In this document: positions 1 through 8,897 of the stretch, in pieces
Numbering within the stretch: position 1 is the stretch's first letter
How the letters are laid out: each line of letters opens with the position of its first letter
Source: a virus
Virus record (IMG/VR): IMGVR_UViG_3300038856_000064
Location: 32,001 to 96,000 of that record
Reading direction: 5' to 3' (one strand)
DNA: 64,000 nucleotides
Notes under the pieces: generated by a model
What the model was told of the DNA's origin: nothing
The model's input: the letters and a program-made list of their open reading frames with translations, nothing else
Database searches by the model: none
Made by a program: the position numbers and the translations under genes

Positions 1-2
1 AA

Positions 3-593
3 GGATATCATCCAGGTTTTGCAGACAAGCCCTACGAGTGGACAATATGTCTAGCTGTAGATAACGACGTGGTACATGGAGTGCCTGACAAGCAAGTCGA
101 TCCAACACAACTCATAACAGTTGATTTGGTCGTAGAGTATGGCGGCTGGTTTGCCGATACGGCGCGCACCTTTACTCACAGTGGTGACAGCACTAGACAA
201 GAGTTTGTCAAAAACTCTCTTAGGATTTTTAACACAGCTATGGATATGATAGGACCCAATCTAGACATAGGATTGTATGGGGGGATGGTTGAGGTCGCAT
301 CGAAGATGTGTAGGTACGGAGTGATAAAAGAATATTGTGGACATGGAATCAATCAGGCTATTCACACAGAACCACAAATCTTAAACTACGGACGTTCTGA
401 CGGTAGTGTATTTCAAGCTGGCAATTCTTATGCAGTTGAGCCGGTACTGTCTATAGATAAAGAATATGTCTTAAACGACATACTCGATGATGGCTATTCT
501 ATCACAGCTAACTGCCTCGTTTCCCATAATGAGGATACTATTTTTGTTTCTCCGAGAGGAATAGTTAATTTAACCGGTAAAAAATATGAGTGA
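3..593 (+). CDS. map: Methionine aminopeptidase type I (5'-truncated by window edge)
   Basis: The frame is open from position 3 (GYHPGF...ICLAVDNDVVHGVP). Metal-site motifs: VDL...GWFADTARTF, GHGI...IHTEP, AVEP, HNEDTI. Confidence 0.92.
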   Translation, partial: GYHPGFADKPYEWTICLAVDNDVVHGVPDKQVDPTQLITVDLVVEYGGWFADTARTFTHSGDSTRQEFVKNSLRIFNTAMDMIGPNLDIGLYGGMVEVASKMCRYGVIKEYCGHGINQAIHTEPQILNYGRSDGSVFQAGNSYAVEPVLSIDKEYVLNDILDDGYSITANCLVSHNEDTIFVSPRGIVNLTGKKYE

Positions 594-1143
594 TGACAAA
601 AAAGAGGTCGTGGAAGAACCAAAGTTTCGTCTACGTACGATAGTTGCTGATCAAGACGTAATAGATCTGCGTAAGCCAAGTGAAGAGGTGACGCTATCTA
701 TAGGAGACAACAGTGGAAATGCATATCCAGATGGCGAGACTAATGAACTCATTCAAGCCCTAAAGGATTATGTGACCGAGCATGAGGGGCTGGGGATGGC
801 AGCAGTACAACTAGGTGTGCACAAGCGGCTATTCGTTATGCGGCGCCCATTCAATAGTGATAAACTTCTAGTTGTTATCAATCCAAAAATTTTACGTACT
901 AATGGCAAGTCAACCAAATCCGAGGGTTGTTTTTCAATTCCAGATCTTCCAGGTAGACCTATGATTACTCGCGCGAGTATGATTTGGGTTAACTTTACAG
1001 ACGAGTCTGGAGTTGAATATAAAGACGAGATGTTAGTTGGTATGGATGCGCGAATCTTTCAACATGAGTATGAGCATCTCGAAGGCAACTTACTAATCGA
1101 TAAGACTCGATATGGAAATTTTAAAGGTTGGGCTGCATTTTAA
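586..1143 (+). CDS. def: Peptide deformylase
   Basis: All three PDF motifs are present: GLGMAAVQLG, EGCFS, QHEYEHLEG. Confidence 0.96.
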   Translation: MSDDKKEVVEEPKFRLRTIVADQDVIDLRKPSEEVTLSIGDNSGNAYPDGETNELIQALKDYVTEHEGLGMAAVQLGVHKRLFVMRRPFNSDKLLVVINPKILRTNGKSTKSEGCFSIPDLPGRPMITRASMIWVNFTDESGVEYKDEMLVGMDARIFQHEYEHLEGNLLIDKTRYGNFKGWAAF

Positions 1144-1146
1144 ATA

Positions 1147-1174
1147 TTGCGCATTAGCGCCCTTATCTTACTAT
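1147..1174 (+). promoter_or_regulatory. Possible sigma70-like promoter of phoH
   Basis: TTGCGC-N16-TACTAT in the intergenic gap, followed by a GGAG SD. Confidence 0.3.
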
Positions 1175-1190
1175 TATATGGAGTAATTAT

Positions 1191-1910
1191 TTGAATAAGA
1201 AACCAAAGAGGTCTTCCACAGAAGATGTAGGACTAAGATCACAGGTTCAGGCACGGTCACGTAACCAAAGTTCTTATCTAGAGAGCATGCAAAATAATAC
1301 GTTTACGTTTGGCGTAGGACATGCGGGTACGGGTAAAACTTTCTTGGCAGCATGGCAAGCCATGCTTGATCTGCTAGATGAAAATAATAAAATCAGAAGA
1401 ATTGTAGTAGTTAGACCTGTTATAGGTAATAAATTTGGAGAGTCTATTGGTGCATTACCTGGAAGCATCATGGAAAAAATGATACCTTATGGGTCCAGCG
1501 TAATAGATAACTTGCTGGCATTTGTCAATAGAGAAGCTATCAGTAGAATGATCGAAGATGGTACTATCGAATTTATTCCACTAACTTTACTCAGGGGACG
1601 TAGCTTAAATAACGCCTTCATCATCGTCGAGGAAGCACAAAATATAAAGAAGGAAAGCAAGGGTGTTTATATGGTGATGAGTCGTCTAGGTGCCAATTCC
1701 AAAATGGTCTTTAATGGTGACTTAGCTCAGTCAGATTTAATAGATAAAACTCAATCAGCACTATTAGAGGCTGTGGAGCTTTTGAAACAGGAGCCCCAGA
1801 TTAAGGATGTCGGAATTGTTGAGTTATACGATCGTGAAGATATTCAGAGACATCCGCGACTTTATGAAATAATGGAACGGTTCGGAGAGGTTGATGATAA
1901 CCCCTTTTAG
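1191..1910 (+). CDS. phoH: PhoH-family ATPase
   Basis: GHAGTGKT Walker A, RP, GALPG, LRGRSL, EEAQN, SRLG..SK, GDLAQSD. Confidence 0.95.
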   Translation: MNKKPKRSSTEDVGLRSQVQARSRNQSSYLESMQNNTFTFGVGHAGTGKTFLAAWQAMLDLLDENNKIRRIVVVRPVIGNKFGESIGALPGSIMEKMIPYGSSVIDNLLAFVNREAISRMIEDGTIEFIPLTLLRGRSLNNAFIIVEEAQNIKKESKGVYMVMSRLGANSKMVFNGDLAQSDLIDKTQSALLEAVELLKQEPQIKDVGIVELYDREDIQRHPRLYEIMERFGEVDDNPF

Positions 1911-1918
1911 TGTATCAT
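1907..1918 (+). promoter_or_regulatory. Phage promoter class A (TTAGTGTATNAT)
   Basis: TTAGTGTATCAT 11 nt before the ATG at 1930; recurs at 5842, 7660 and 11005. Confidence 0.65.
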
Positions 1919-1929
1919 AATACGGAGGA

Positions 1930-2511
1930 ATGATTTATATGGCAACACTTAAAATTTGCGACTGGCTTAAAGAAAGGCTGGGTAAAGACGATGAGACATT
2001 TATCGTCACTGTCGGAGAATATGAATTCGAGGTGGGACAGAAAGGTAGGGATGCTCTCATGAAGCAACTAGAGAGTGAAAATGCACCGAATACACCCCAA
2101 ATAATTGAGCGTGTCGTAGCCAAGGATGCACCCCCACCAACGCTTCAGGCGGCTCCTCCTGGTGTCCAGGTTCAGGTAGACGATGACCCGTTTGACTCGG
2201 GGCCAAGCTCAATGCCAACCCCACCACAAGCGGCACCCCAATCCGAAATAAGGCCAGAAGATATTATAGAAATCCCTGACGACGTCCGACGCCCATTTAA
2301 AAAGCCATCCAAGTCACAGTCTGAGCGTGTCATAGAAGACGCTAAGGTATTTAACGAGGGTACACTTCCGTCTCTCACTATGGGGGCATCAGAGCAACGC
2401 GATGCCTTACGTAAGCTAAAAGAACAAGAGGAAGTTCAGAACGAAATAGTCCGTCGTAAAGCGCGACGGGGCATAAGAGTAAACTTTGATAATGAGTATG
2501 GTGGGAGATAA
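1930..2511 (+). CDS. Hypothetical protein with Pro-rich linker
   Basis: 193-aa ORF with a GGAGG SD; no recognisable motif. Confidence 0.7.
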   Translation: MIYMATLKICDWLKERLGKDDETFIVTVGEYEFEVGQKGRDALMKQLESENAPNTPQIIERVVAKDAPPPTLQAAPPGVQVQVDDDPFDSGPSSMPTPPQAAPQSEIRPEDIIEIPDDVRRPFKKPSKSQSERVIEDAKVFNEGTLPSLTMGASEQRDALRKLKEQEEVQNEIVRRKARRGIRVNFDNEYGGR

Positions 2512-2514
2512 TAG

Positions 2515-2973
2515 ATGAATAAGCTACTAATGTTTTCTTTTCTAGGTGTTGCCCTGATGCTACCTAGCTGTTCTGCTGTCCAAAATGCTAGAGACTCCCT
2601 GGCAGAAATGTCACAAGAGGACTATAGCGAATTAACCAGTAATGTTTCAGATGCCAGCGCTATTGCTGGAGAAAGACTCAAAAACCTACTAGATGAAAAT
2701 CAGGTAGAGATTGCCCTTTTGGTAACTCAGGAATTGTTCACAGCTATTGAAAAAGATTCTCTAGATGCCGCCGATCTCGTCAAGGGAGTTGTGGATCAGT
2801 ATGGTTTGCGACTTGGCTTAAATGAGGAACAACTAGGATATATCAGGGACGCGGCTAAGATCATTGACGCAGCCGTAGGACAGATTAGTCTTGGAATCGA
2901 TGGTGAGTTAACCTTACGCGAGAAGGGATTGCTGTTAGCACTACTTGCGGGAATTCACTCTGGACTGCAATGA
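2515..2973 (+). CDS. Putative lipoprotein
   Basis: Signal peptide with lipobox: MNKLLMFSFLGVALMLPS-C. Confidence 0.7.
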   Translation: MNKLLMFSFLGVALMLPSCSAVQNARDSLAEMSQEDYSELTSNVSDASAIAGERLKNLLDENQVEIALLVTQELFTAIEKDSLDAADLVKGVVDQYGLRLGLNEEQLGYIRDAAKIIDAAVGQISLGIDGELTLREKGLLLALLAGIHSGLQ

Positions 2974-3347
2974 TTAATGCGTGGTTCAATGAGCGTGGAT
3001 ATAGATTCACCACCCCCAGGGGAGAGGGAAAGTTTGCTTATGAACTCCCATCAGCCACAGTAGACAATGCCGCCGCCCTTTATGCATCTAGATGGATGGT
3101 TTTAAATCAAATGATGGATGCTATTAAAAACTCTGGAGAGGATACAAAGGGACAAGATATTACCTTGTATACGGACGGTCGCCTGATAGAGGAGCTTCGT
3201 GGAGACATAAAGCCCGAAACCTCTTATGCAAGATCATCCCTATATTATTTTATAACATATGATTACGTTTATTTTAGGCGTATCATTTTAGAAAAGTGTA
3301 CGACTTCTACAATAGATGGTAAATTAAGTGAAGCAATTAGCGCTTAG
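2970..3347 (+). CDS. Hypothetical protein, possibly a degenerate RNase H-like fold
   Basis: DITLYTDGRLIEELRG resembles an RNase HI strand-helix segment; ATGA coupling with the upstream gene. Confidence 0.4.
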   Translation: MINAWFNERGYRFTTPRGEGKFAYELPSATVDNAAALYASRWMVLNQMMDAIKNSGEDTKGQDITLYTDGRLIEELRGDIKPETSYARSSLYYFITYDYVYFRRIILEKCTTSTIDGKLSEAISA

Positions 3348-3534
3348 TGATGCAGAGCAACTAGACAAGATGATTATAAGATATGGAGAATTTAGTCACA
3401 AGCTTTTAGATCCAGAACTTCCTCATCACGAGAAGCAGTCAATAAATATAGCGTTACTAATGCTTAAAGAACTCATAACAAATAAACTGCGAGATGTAAA
3501 AAGACCGTATCGTGGGAAGGGTCATTACGAATGA
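3328..3534 (+). CDS. Hypothetical protein
   Basis: 68-aa ORF tightly packed between its neighbours. Confidence 0.6.
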   Translation: MKQLALSDAEQLDKMIIRYGEFSHKLLDPELPHHEKQSINIALLMLKELITNKLRDVKRPYRGKGHYE

Positions 3535-4025
3535 AATCAATCTTTATAACGCTGATTCTATTACTTCTGAGTAGCTGTAGTCTTTTTGAGAAAACACCGC
3601 AGAGTGTTGTGGATGGACAGCGAGCAGTTTACCAGGGTGTTATTGCTGCCGAAGAAAACATCAATGTGATAATTGATAGATATATACGAGACTGTAAGGC
3701 AACTGTTACTTATCATGAGAATTTTATATTTGAACCAAAGATCGATTCTATTCGTTTAGATCCGAGTCTTAGCAAAGAAGAAAAATCATTACAAATTACA
3801 GAGCTTGAGCGCGAACGCCAAAAGAAGCTTGATTCAACCTTTGCATCTATAGAAAAAATTGGTGAGGATATGCGAGCCAAGGCTTTACAAAACCTCACTA
3901 TCACTAAAAAGTTAGTCACATCAATTTATAACTATATGTCAACAAGTCCGATTGAAATTGATAACTTAGAGTTCTGGATTGAAAAACTCAAACAAGTATC
4001 AGAGAAATATACAGATGGACAATAA
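3531..4025 (+). CDS. Putative lipoprotein, helical/coiled-coil
   Basis: Lipobox MKSIFITLILLLLSS-C; charged helical body. Confidence 0.7.
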   Translation: MKSIFITLILLLLSSCSLFEKTPQSVVDGQRAVYQGVIAAEENINVIIDRYIRDCKATVTYHENFIFEPKIDSIRLDPSLSKEEKSLQITELERERQKKLDSTFASIEKIGEDMRAKALQNLTITKKLVTSIYNYMSTSPIEIDNLEFWIEKLKQVSEKYTDGQ

Positions 4026-4287
4026 GGATATTAGAGAAGTACTTACTGCGCTTCTAACAAGTATTGCCGCTAAAGCACGACAAGACGCGCTAGCGGGTCA
4101 GTCAGATATAGGATCTATCTTTAGCCAAGATGGAGAAAACTTAAAGAGTCTTAACGCACAGGCTGTAGAAGATGCCATTGTCAATATCAAAAAGGCAACG
4201 GCAACGAAGGAAGGCGCAAGGCGCCTTATAAATGGTATTATGGTAGTAGCAAAAGTGGCAGCCAAAGCTGCCCTCCCACCGGCATGA
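4015..4287 (+). CDS. Hypothetical Ala-rich helical protein
   Basis: Start moved to the ATG at 4015 (MDNKD), which overlaps the end of the upstream gene. Confidence 0.6.
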   Translation: MDNKDIREVLTALLTSIAAKARQDALAGQSDIGSIFSQDGENLKSLNAQAVEDAIVNIKKATATKEGARRLINGIMVVAKVAAKAALPPA

Positions 4288-4466
4288 ACAATTACGAAGA
4301 AGAAGATCTGAACGAAAAAGAAGACCGTAAGAAGCGGTATCAACGTAGACGAGGTCACGTACCAACAGGTGCGCCTGACGACTCGCCACGTCACAAACGT
4401 CGACCCCCCTATAAACGCGAAAATATCCAGTGGGATGATGAGGAGTGGCTCGATGAACTTGAATAG
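4284..4466 (+). CDS. Small highly charged protein
   Basis: 60 aa with acidic ends and an Arg-rich centre; ATGA coupled. Confidence 0.55.
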   Translation: MNNYEEEDLNEKEDRKKRYQRRRGHVPTGAPDDSPRHKRRPPYKRENIQWDDEEWLDELE

Positions 4467-4480
4467 ATGAGAGCGTAAGC

Positions 4481-5293
4481 GTGAATAAGAAATTACTAGT
4501 GTGGTATATTGTTGCGTTTTTCGGCATAAGTACACTCTTCGTTACGAGACCAGGTCCGGCTATCGTGCCAGCACAAACGTTCGAGCCCCTCGTTATAGAA
4601 ACTTCGGCGCTTGAAAGAGGACGACAAGCTACATTTGATATGTATAAGCCAGGCGTCAATTCTGGAACTGCTGTTCTTATAAGCAGAATAAGGGATGGGG
4701 ACGAATGGCTCTATAGGGCTATGACTGCGTATCATGTAATTAGTGACATAGAGGACGATGCCACCTTTAGGGGAATACTTACATTCCAACCAAGTTTTCA
4801 TGGAGAACCGCTTATTCTAGATGTGGAGCATATTGGGGTAGGCCAAACACTTCCGGCATATGATTGGGCAACAGTAGAATTTAGACATGGTACACTATTA
4901 CAATGTGCAGATGTTGCAACTCGTGCAGACTTTATAAACGTTAAGTCATTCGAAACTATTTACGCAGTAGGATGTGCTGCCTCCTTTGGTCAGCAACTAA
5001 GAGAGGGAATAATCAGTTCAACACACAATCATCATGTCTCAACACCATCATATCCCCATAGGCAATGGAATACTTCCCCCAGGAACTTTTTTAAGGTTTC
5101 ATTCCCTATCTGGTACGGAGACTCGGGCGGTCCCGTTTTTACAAAACATGGTAAGGTAATAGGGATCATAAACGCCTTCACCATTGGCGGGGGCTTCCAG
5201 GCTCCACTTACTCACAGCGGTGTATCTGTGAAGATTCATACCATAAGGGAATTCGTGTCTGTCAATAAGGATTTTTTCAAAGTAGAGAATTAG
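4481..5293 (+). CDS. Trypsin-like (S1) serine protease with N-terminal signal/anchor
   Basis: Catalytic triad motifs TAYHV, YDWA and GDSGGPV; hydrophobic N-terminus. Confidence 0.9.
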   Translation: MNKKLLVWYIVAFFGISTLFVTRPGPAIVPAQTFEPLVIETSALERGRQATFDMYKPGVNSGTAVLISRIRDGDEWLYRAMTAYHVISDIEDDATFRGILTFQPSFHGEPLILDVEHIGVGQTLPAYDWATVEFRHGTLLQCADVATRADFINVKSFETIYAVGCAASFGQQLREGIISSTHNHHVSTPSYPHRQWNTSPRNFFKVSFPIWYGDSGGPVFTKHGKVIGIINAFTIGGGFQAPLTHSGVSVKIHTIREFVSVNKDFFKVEN

Positions 5294-5294
5294 A

Positions 5295-5534
5295 ATGGAA
5301 TTAAATGAAGAGATTTGGGGCTTGATTAGCTCCACTGTAGGTATTTCAGAGGATGCTAAAAAGGCTTTGCATGCACAGATTATGCGCCTAATAGAACAGT
5401 CAAAGGCATCGCCAGTTGGTAGGAAGATGGGTGTAGCAGTGATGACCCAGGAGGCATCTTTATCCGCAGATAAGGTAGCCTCGGATCGTAGAAACAAGCC
5501 GTTGGCTGGTGATGCAAAGCCGAAAACCCTATAA
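5295..5534 (+). CDS. Hypothetical protein
   Basis: 79-aa ORF in the packed operon. Confidence 0.55.
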   Translation: MELNEEIWGLISSTVGISEDAKKALHAQIMRLIEQSKASPVGRKMGVAVMTQEASLSADKVASDRRNKPLAGDAKPKTL

Positions 5535-5830
5535 TGTTTAAATGGTTGAGTAAGCTTAAAATCTGGAAGAGGTCTAGTAGTACTCCTCCAGAAATCACAA
5601 CATACGATTATGGGCGTTACGTATACAAACCAGTAGCTCAACGTGCCCTCTCTGAGGTCATGGGTATGAGTCAAACCGAGCTTGTAAATAGGATGACGAA
5701 TGGCGGCATGGAGGTTTATCTTAACGAAGATAGTCTCGACGTGACTCACTTAGTGCTGAGGTTGGAGTCGGGTAGCTATGAGGTTTGGGTGCCCGAACTA
5801 TCTAAGATCTGGCGCTTTTTCATACTGTAG
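5534..5830 (+). CDS. Hypothetical protein
   Basis: 98-aa ORF, TAATG-coupled. Confidence 0.6.
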   Translation: MFKWLSKLKIWKRSSSTPPEITTYDYGRYVYKPVAQRALSEVMGMSQTELVNRMTNGGMEVYLNEDSLDVTHLVLRLESGSYEVWVPELSKIWRFFIL

Positions 5831-5841
5831 TAGGATTCCTT

Positions 5842-5853
5842 TTAGTGTATCAT
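5842..5853 (+). promoter_or_regulatory. Phage promoter class A
   Basis: Intergenic TTAGTGTATCAT upstream of the structural-like block. Confidence 0.65.
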
Positions 5854-5894
5854 AGAGACTGACAAGTTTCAATGTAACAGTAAGAGGTAAAAGC

Positions 5895-6290
5895 GTGGCA
5901 AGAGAAAGTAGTGTAAGAAACGGGTCCGGGATTTCTGTCCTTCGCGAGATCAATGATCCGCCGATTATAGGGATGGCAGGTAGCAATAGTGTCATTGTCA
6001 ACTATGAAGATATTAATAGCTGCCTAGGAATAGTTCAAGGTTCGGGGTTGGTGGTCAGCACCGCAGCGGTGCATCTCTCATCTCCATCTAATCGAATGCG
6101 AGGCCGCAGAAAGGTCTTCATCCAAAACCGTGGACCCAATGCTGTTTTTCTAGGTGCCTCTGGGGTCACGGTAAGTAACGGATACTCCATCCCACATAGC
6201 GGAAGTATGGAGCTAGATGTTCTTGACTACGGACACCTATATGTTGTCTCAGAAGGTACTTCAGACGTTCGCATCCTGGAACTTCGATAA
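5895..6290 (+). CDS. Small beta-rich putative virion protein (paralog of 6337..6744)
   Basis: RRKVFIQN...VFLG...G..I...YVVSEGTSDVRILEL, shared with the next gene. Confidence 0.65.
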   Translation: MARESSVRNGSGISVLREINDPPIIGMAGSNSVIVNYEDINSCLGIVQGSGLVVSTAAVHLSSPSNRMRGRRKVFIQNRGPNAVFLGASGVTVSNGYSIPHSGSMELDVLDYGHLYVVSEGTSDVRILELR

Positions 6291-6336
6291 AAAATAGTCG
6301 TGGTTCTCCCTAGTCAACTAGGGGATAGGAGGTAGA

Positions 6337-6744
6337 ATGGCATACGAAGGATCTGTAACGATTGGTTCAGGGATAAATCCACACAAAAAGGAAGTCCCTA
6401 TAAATACTACGTCGCACGAAAAACATTTGCGTGGGACGCAGGTTGTATTAATCAATCCAGAGGATGGAAGTGCGGGTGGTAGCGGATTAGTAACTGCCAT
6501 AACCGTAGGAGGCTCAGTTATAAAGCTCCCGACAACCCCGCTAAAGTATCGTAGGGCTGTATCGGTATATAATGGAACAAGTGGTGACACTTTATATATA
6601 GGATTCGATCCAAATATCACAACTGGAACTGGCTGGCCCATTATTGCTGGCGGATCCATTGCGCTAGAAGTTAATGCTGAAGTATTGATATACGGAATTA
6701 GCGATGGTAGCTCTACCGATGTGCGCATCTTGGAGTTGAGCTAG
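6337..6744 (+). CDS. Small beta-rich putative virion protein (paralog of 5895..6290)
   Basis: RRAVSVYN...LYIG...G..I...YGISDGSSTDVRILEL; AGGAGG SD. Confidence 0.65.
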   Translation: MAYEGSVTIGSGINPHKKEVPINTTSHEKHLRGTQVVLINPEDGSAGGSGLVTAITVGGSVIKLPTTPLKYRRAVSVYNGTSGDTLYIGFDPNITTGTGWPIIAGGSIALEVNAEVLIYGISDGSSTDVRILELS

Positions 6745-7658
6745 TGGGAATCATTGGTGGAGGATTAATTAACCCTTCCAATCAGGGGTCTAGTAGCTCA
6801 TCTAGCAGTCAGCTAGCCCTATCTGATGGCTTGGCGTGTTATACCGCATCCTTTTCTGGAGTATCGACTACTCAATTTAGTCATGGATTAGGATCAACAA
6901 ACCTTGTCATAGAATTCAAAGATTCCGGTGGCAACTTACTAATCCCAGATACGTGGTCTATTATAAATAGTAATGTTATCGAAGCGGAGTTTAGTCCCGC
7001 AGCTACTGGTGACGTTACCATTATTGCATGCATAGAAAGTGGGCTCGCCCCTGTTACTGGTGGCGTAACAACTATAGAGGGGCTGTCAGGTATAGTTGAC
7101 TTAGATTCGCCTAATGGCAGTATAGTTATATCAACTAGCGGTCAGGTGATCAATCTTAATGCGATTTTTACGCCTGCATCTGGTGCAGTTTTAGAGCAAA
7201 AATGCCGTGACATCGACACATTGAGTGGTATGATTGGGGGCGGTGGAGGCGGCACGCCCGACGCAGGACAGACCTCGATCAATGGTCTCTCTGGACAACT
7301 TCAGCTAACGTCTCCGGATGGTAGCATTCTTGTCGGTGATGGCGATCAAGCAATCGAACTTAGTGGCCTATTTACTCAAGCCTCTGGTGCTGTTTTGCAG
7401 CAAAAATGTGACGATATAGATACGCTAAGTGGACTTAACAGAGTTGAAAAAGCCACATCCGACTTCACACCAACGTCGGGTAATGCGTTTGTATTAGAGC
7501 ATGGACTACTAACAACAGATTTTACTTTTACAATGTGGTCGACAGCAACAACGCCACCAAGGTTAATGACACCAAATAACTTATATGCATCAGGGGTTAA
7601 TCATGTAGTTGTTGTATTAGATGTTCCAACATCTGGTAAGGTAGTGCTTGTAGGATAA
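6744..7658 (+). CDS. Putative tail fibre/virion appendage protein with internal repeats
   Basis: Two HGL-type beta domains flank two 53-aa repeats containing SINGLSG-like tail-repeat motifs; 14 Ser-Gly. Confidence 0.7.
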   Translation: MGIIGGGLINPSNQGSSSSSSSQLALSDGLACYTASFSGVSTTQFSHGLGSTNLVIEFKDSGGNLLIPDTWSIINSNVIEAEFSPAATGDVTIIACIESGLAPVTGGVTTIEGLSGIVDLDSPNGSIVISTSGQVINLNAIFTPASGAVLEQKCRDIDTLSGMIGGGGGGTPDAGQTSINGLSGQLQLTSPDGSILVGDGDQAIELSGLFTQASGAVLQQKCDDIDTLSGLNRVEKATSDFTPTSGNAFVLEHGLLTTDFTFTMWSTATTPPRLMTPNNLYASGVNHVVVVLDVPTSGKVVLVG

Positions 7659-7659
7659 C

Positions 7660-7671
7660 TTAGTGTATTAT
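7660..7671 (+). promoter_or_regulatory. Phage promoter class A
   Basis: Intergenic TTAGTGTATTAT, followed by an AAGGAG SD. Confidence 0.65.
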
Positions 7672-7703
7672 CATTATATATTTATAACCCTTAAGGAGAA
7701 ATA

Positions 7704-8168
7704 ATGTCGCTCATTAACTCATTTCTTGATTTTGTCGGTAGCGGTATCATCCGCGCTAATGCCGACTCGGTCATTTTTCGAGATACATATCTAACTGGTG
7801 ACCTGCCGGTCGCCGAAACAGGTCAGGCTAGCTTAGATGCACGATTTGTTGCATCTTCAATTCTAGGTGCTATTAACGAACTTATTGATGGCTTAGCCAC
7901 AACTTCGGGCCTTGTTTCGTCACCCGATCGCGTGACATCCTATGTCGAGGGTGTAGACACATCTGCATTTGTTCATAATATCAATCATAGTCTAGGAACT
8001 TTCGATATCGCCGTAACATATTACAATATGGATCCTTCGGGGTCTCCAGGTGTTGCACAACCAGTAATTGTTAGCTACTACCCAACCAGTGCGGATGATG
8101 TTCGTGTCGAACTTGACGCATCGGCTTCTGGACACTTTGTAGTAATGGGAGCCCAGTATAGGGTTTAA
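7704..8168 (+). CDS. Putative virion fibre-associated protein
   Basis: SILGAINEL trimer-like motif and a C-terminal HSLG beta domain similar to those in 6744..7658. Confidence 0.65.
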   Translation: MSLINSFLDFVGSGIIRANADSVIFRDTYLTGDLPVAETGQASLDARFVASSILGAINELIDGLATTSGLVSSPDRVTSYVEGVDTSAFVHNINHSLGTFDIAVTYYNMDPSGSPGVAQPVIVSYYPTSADDVRVELDASASGHFVVMGAQYRV

Positions 8169-8170
8169 AA

Positions 8171-8896
8171 ATGCCTAAATTTAATGGAGATATTGTCTTT
8201 ATTGATACTAGTGGTCAGATATATCCCACTCAGGGTGATCTGACCCTACGAGCTAACTTCAACGGTGACGGACATGTTGTCATCGGTAGTGGTATCTCCC
8301 TACGTCCGGAAGTAGATTGCGATGCGTCAGACGCAATGGACCTAGGTCAGGATGGTTTACGATGGAAAACCTTATTCGCATGTAGTGGCAACTTCTTAGA
8401 GCGCTTGACTGTTAATAGCAGCGGCATACAGCTTCGGGGTGAAGGCGTAGATTCCATTAATGGCTTTCTGGGTGTAGTAACAATTACTTCGCCTGATGGC
8501 TCAATTCTAGTCGGGGACGGACCACAAGCTATTGAGCTAAGTGGCTTATTCACGGCAGCCTCAGGAGCGCTACTAGAGCAACACTCAGATGATTTAATAA
8601 CACTAAGTGGTCTTATCGGATCTGGTGGTGGCGGTTCAGTTAGTGGTTTTGCTGCACATACATTCATAGCATCCGATTCTACTGGCAATTCGGTTGAGTC
8701 ATTAAATCTTATGGAGAGTGACGAAACCAACGGTCCTGGACTTACTCTTTTGAAGACAACTAGATTTCAAGATGTGGCGGTAGACTTCTTACATGATGGC
8801 GCGCTAGAGGGTGGTGACTGGACCTTAGAACTCCAAAAATATGTAGATGGATCTGGATACATAACACAATCAACCTTTACCGTAGCAACAGAATAA
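8171..8896 (+). CDS. Putative virion fibre protein
   Basis: DLGQDGLRWKTLF fibre-type motif; third 53-aa repeat; 10 Ser-Gly. Confidence 0.65.
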   Translation: MPKFNGDIVFIDTSGQIYPTQGDLTLRANFNGDGHVVIGSGISLRPEVDCDASDAMDLGQDGLRWKTLFACSGNFLERLTVNSSGIQLRGEGVDSINGFLGVVTITSPDGSILVGDGPQAIELSGLFTAASGALLEQHSDDLITLSGLIGSGGGGSVSGFAAHTFIASDSTGNSVESLNLMESDETNGPGLTLLKTTRFQDVAVDFLHDGALEGGDWTLELQKYVDGSGYITQSTFTVATE

Positions 8897-8897
8897 A

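Larger units (their letters stand above)
7071..8611 (+). repeat. Three copies of a 159-nt/53-aa coding repeat (7071-7229, 7275-7433, 8453-8611)
   Basis: Consensus SINGLSGxVxLTSPDGSILVGDGxQAIELSGLFTxASGAVLEQKCDDIDTLSG; the copies are spread over two genes. Confidence 0.9.

Noticed and set aside
7071-8611. Diversity-generating retroelement TR/VR pair
   Set aside because: All copies are coding and differ largely at synonymous sites of all bases rather than at adenines; no reverse transcriptase is in the window.
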